Assembly: GCA_973895155.1 (NCBI GenBank)
Contig: OZ316892.1
Location: 26,373,233 to 26,437,232, forward strand
DNA: 64,000 nucleotides
Reading direction: 5' to 3'
Origin: Marsupella aquatica
Lineage: Eukaryota > Plantae > Marchantiophyta
Shown in pieces: positions 61,664 through 64,000 of the stretch. How positions within the stretch are numbered: the stretch's first letter is position 1; every line of letters begins with the position of its first letter. Below the pieces are notes generated by a model that made no database searches, was not told where the DNA came from, and saw only the letters and a program-made list of their open reading frames with translations. The position numbers and the translations under genes were made by a program.

Positions 61664-64000
61664 ATGGGTGAAGCTTCACCCAAATCAATCTTTGACCTGT
61701 GGTACAAGCTTCAAGCAGTGTTTTGCTCTGCTGCAAGTTGCCCACTGGTTCTACCCAACCTTCTTGAGGTATCTAAGAAACCAGCCGTTCAAATCAATCG
61801 TCTGATCACCCTTGTCATGCATACTGAAAGACCTTCGTAGATGCTATGTTTCATTTGTGTAATTTTAATTGTTCAGTAGAAATGTGAGAGATCTGTCGTC
61901 CATACAATTCCAATCAACTGTCATCGCATGCCCTACAGCTCCATGAAATGGTGTACGAAGTCTACAGGCCCCCTTTGAAAGAGAAGCCAGAAATTGAAAT
62001 TGTTCTTTTCCATGGTCTTAAGTTGAAAGATTGTGAAGAGGCACACATCACTACGTGGATGTCGGGCGACAACTCTGAGATGTGGCCAAGGACATGGTTG
62101 GCGGAAACATTCCCCAAAGCTCGCATCATAACAATTTGCTATGATTCTGCTGCAAAAAAGACGAACGGGGTTGAACAGCTAGACATGTTCTTGACGAGGG
62201 AAAATCTGTTGTCTGCACTTACAAGTGATTCTGTAAGGGTAGGCGAAGCTCAGTGTCCAATAGTGCTGGTGGGCCATTGTCTCGGAGGTCTTCTACTCAA
62301 GGAACTATGTTTGCACGCCAACCAGGTGTTGAGTGAAAAAAGGGGAGGAATACCAGGAATGCAACGCATCCATGATTTTTTTGGGAACTTGAGAGGCATG
62401 TTCTTTTATGGAACACCTCATCTTGGATCGCTTCTTGGTGATGAACTCCATGACTGTTTCGATGGTTCACTTCTAGCTGAAATAGAGGTCCTCAATGCCT
62501 GGAGCGCAAGGAAGAATGCAAGCTTTAGTGACTTGAAGGCCCGCTACAAATGGATTAGTTATGGAATGGGCGAGTCACACAAAAGCTTCGTGGTACTTCC
62601 AACACCATAGCTTTGTCCTATTGGGTGCTCATGCCTGGCTCTTGATAGTTTTTTGGCTTTGTTGAATGTTTCAGTTTGTCATTTGATTTATTTTTTCTGA
62701 CCAGGAAGTTGCACAAGCTTGCCTAAGTTTAAGCTGATAGTGTTGGTTAATGGGGTCGAAATGTCTGCAAAAGACATTTTCTCGATTCGATATTTATAGA
62801 AGTCTAGTTTGAAGTACTTTGATTTCCATTTTATGTTGATTACCTAGCCTTCATCACTTGTACTCTTTGCTAAAGAAATTACTTGTCATGTAGGATTGCC
62901 TCGGAAAATATATCCAGGTTGTCCCTGAAGCATCGAGTAGGGTAGACATGGATGCCTATTATTCTGTTCAAGCAAATCATTTTAACTTATGCAAGCCAGC
63001 GAAGAAGCAAGATAGTGCCTTCTCATTTCTCGTCGATTTCCTCCGCAAGGTATCCATCCTATTTTTAGTCCTACACGAAATAATGTACCGTTGGTGTGTT
63101 GGTCAGGCCTGGCAAGTGTGGCAGCGTGCAATAGAACAGGAAAATTCAAATTTCTAGGTTGGAAAATGTCTATTGCAAACTCCTTAGTAGTAGCAGTAGT
63201 AGTACCGTAGATGTATGGTTTGAGATATAAAGACTCTCAGAGCATTGTGGCGAAGACTCCTGCTGATACATAATTCAGCTCAGGGGAATTTGCGGAGTTC
63301 TCAGCCTTATGGATTGAAAAATTCCATATCCAGACACTACGTGTTCCAACATCATATTTCTAGACAAACATTGAGTTTTACAGTCTTTCTATCTGCTCTG
63401 CTTCTAACATTCAAATCATGCGAAACTCTAGATTCATGGAGAGCATATACTTCGATCAGGGGTCGAGGCTGATCGTATGAGCGGCCGAGGGTATGTTGTT
63501 GACCATCATGGTCGTGCAGACGAAGTCGAAAGCATGTTGCTGAAGCCCAATGCTTATACCGCTTTCATTGTTGGGCTGCCTGGCATCGGGAAGACCACAT
63601 TAGCACAGCAGGTCTTCCACGACATCTCTCATTCTTTTGCAATCAGATGCTTCATAGATCTGGACAATTTCAAAGAACCTTCGAAGTGCCGCAAGGAGGT
63701 TTTGAAGAAGATTGAGAGCGCATTAAAACAACAAGGCAAAGAATGGAGTTATGACTACTTGACTGTGCCTCGTTATTTGAAGGGCAAGAAAGCGTTGATC
63801 GTTCTTGACAATGTACAGTCACAGGTCCAGCTAGATGCTTTGAGTAGAGAAATCTGGCTGGAGGGGAGCAACAGTAGGCTAGTTGTGACCACAACCAATT
63901 CTGACCTTGGCTCCCAGTCAAACACTTACAAGGTCAATTTCTTGGGCGACCAAGAATCGCGAGAATTGTTTTGTCATTATGCATTTCAAAACAGGGCCAG
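61664..64000 (+). CDS. Alpha/beta-hydrolase-NB-ARC NLR immune receptor (HNL type), truncated by the window end
   Basis: Exons 61664-61768 (tentative), 61939-62592, 62894-63049 and 63432->64000. Hydrolase motifs IVLFHGL, WPRTWL..FPKARI, VGHCLGG, FYGTPHLGS, NHFNLCKP. NB-ARC: P-loop GLPGIGKTT, kinase-2 LIVLDNV, RNBS-B SRLVVTT, RNBS-C ESRELFCHYAF. Confidence 0.9.

Overview
Eukaryotic nuclear DNA from a non-seed land plant, probably a liverwort (inferred from a hydrolase-NB-ARC NLR). There are five host genes: an 8-exon sphingolipid fatty-acid 2-hydroxylase with a fused cytochrome b5 domain, plastid TatA/Tha4, an intronless PP2C, an unknown 643-aa repeat protein, and the 5' part of an alpha/beta-hydrolase-NB-ARC NLR. 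Mobile DNA includes a decayed Tnt1-like Copia element (14835-24952) interrupted by a 4.07-kb ORF-bearing solo-LTR-like insert, two copies of a tRNA-derived SINE, MITEs and a small solo LTR. The standout is a 9.76-kb Ty3/Gypsy-like element (31666-41428, minus strand, 4-bp TSD). Its pol frame carries a DNMT3-like C5 cytosine methyltransferase upstream of RT and a PHD finger after integrase. It has no ordinary LTR pair: its repeats are arranged B-[ORFs]-PPT-A-GC-B-A (split direct repeats). A Tf1-like self-priming fold-back replaces the tRNA PBS, and the TG/CA attachment site lies inside the RT-defined LTR. This layout is what a 2-LTR circle opened at an internal site would give. All coordinates, exon calls and counts were read by eye; no searches were run.
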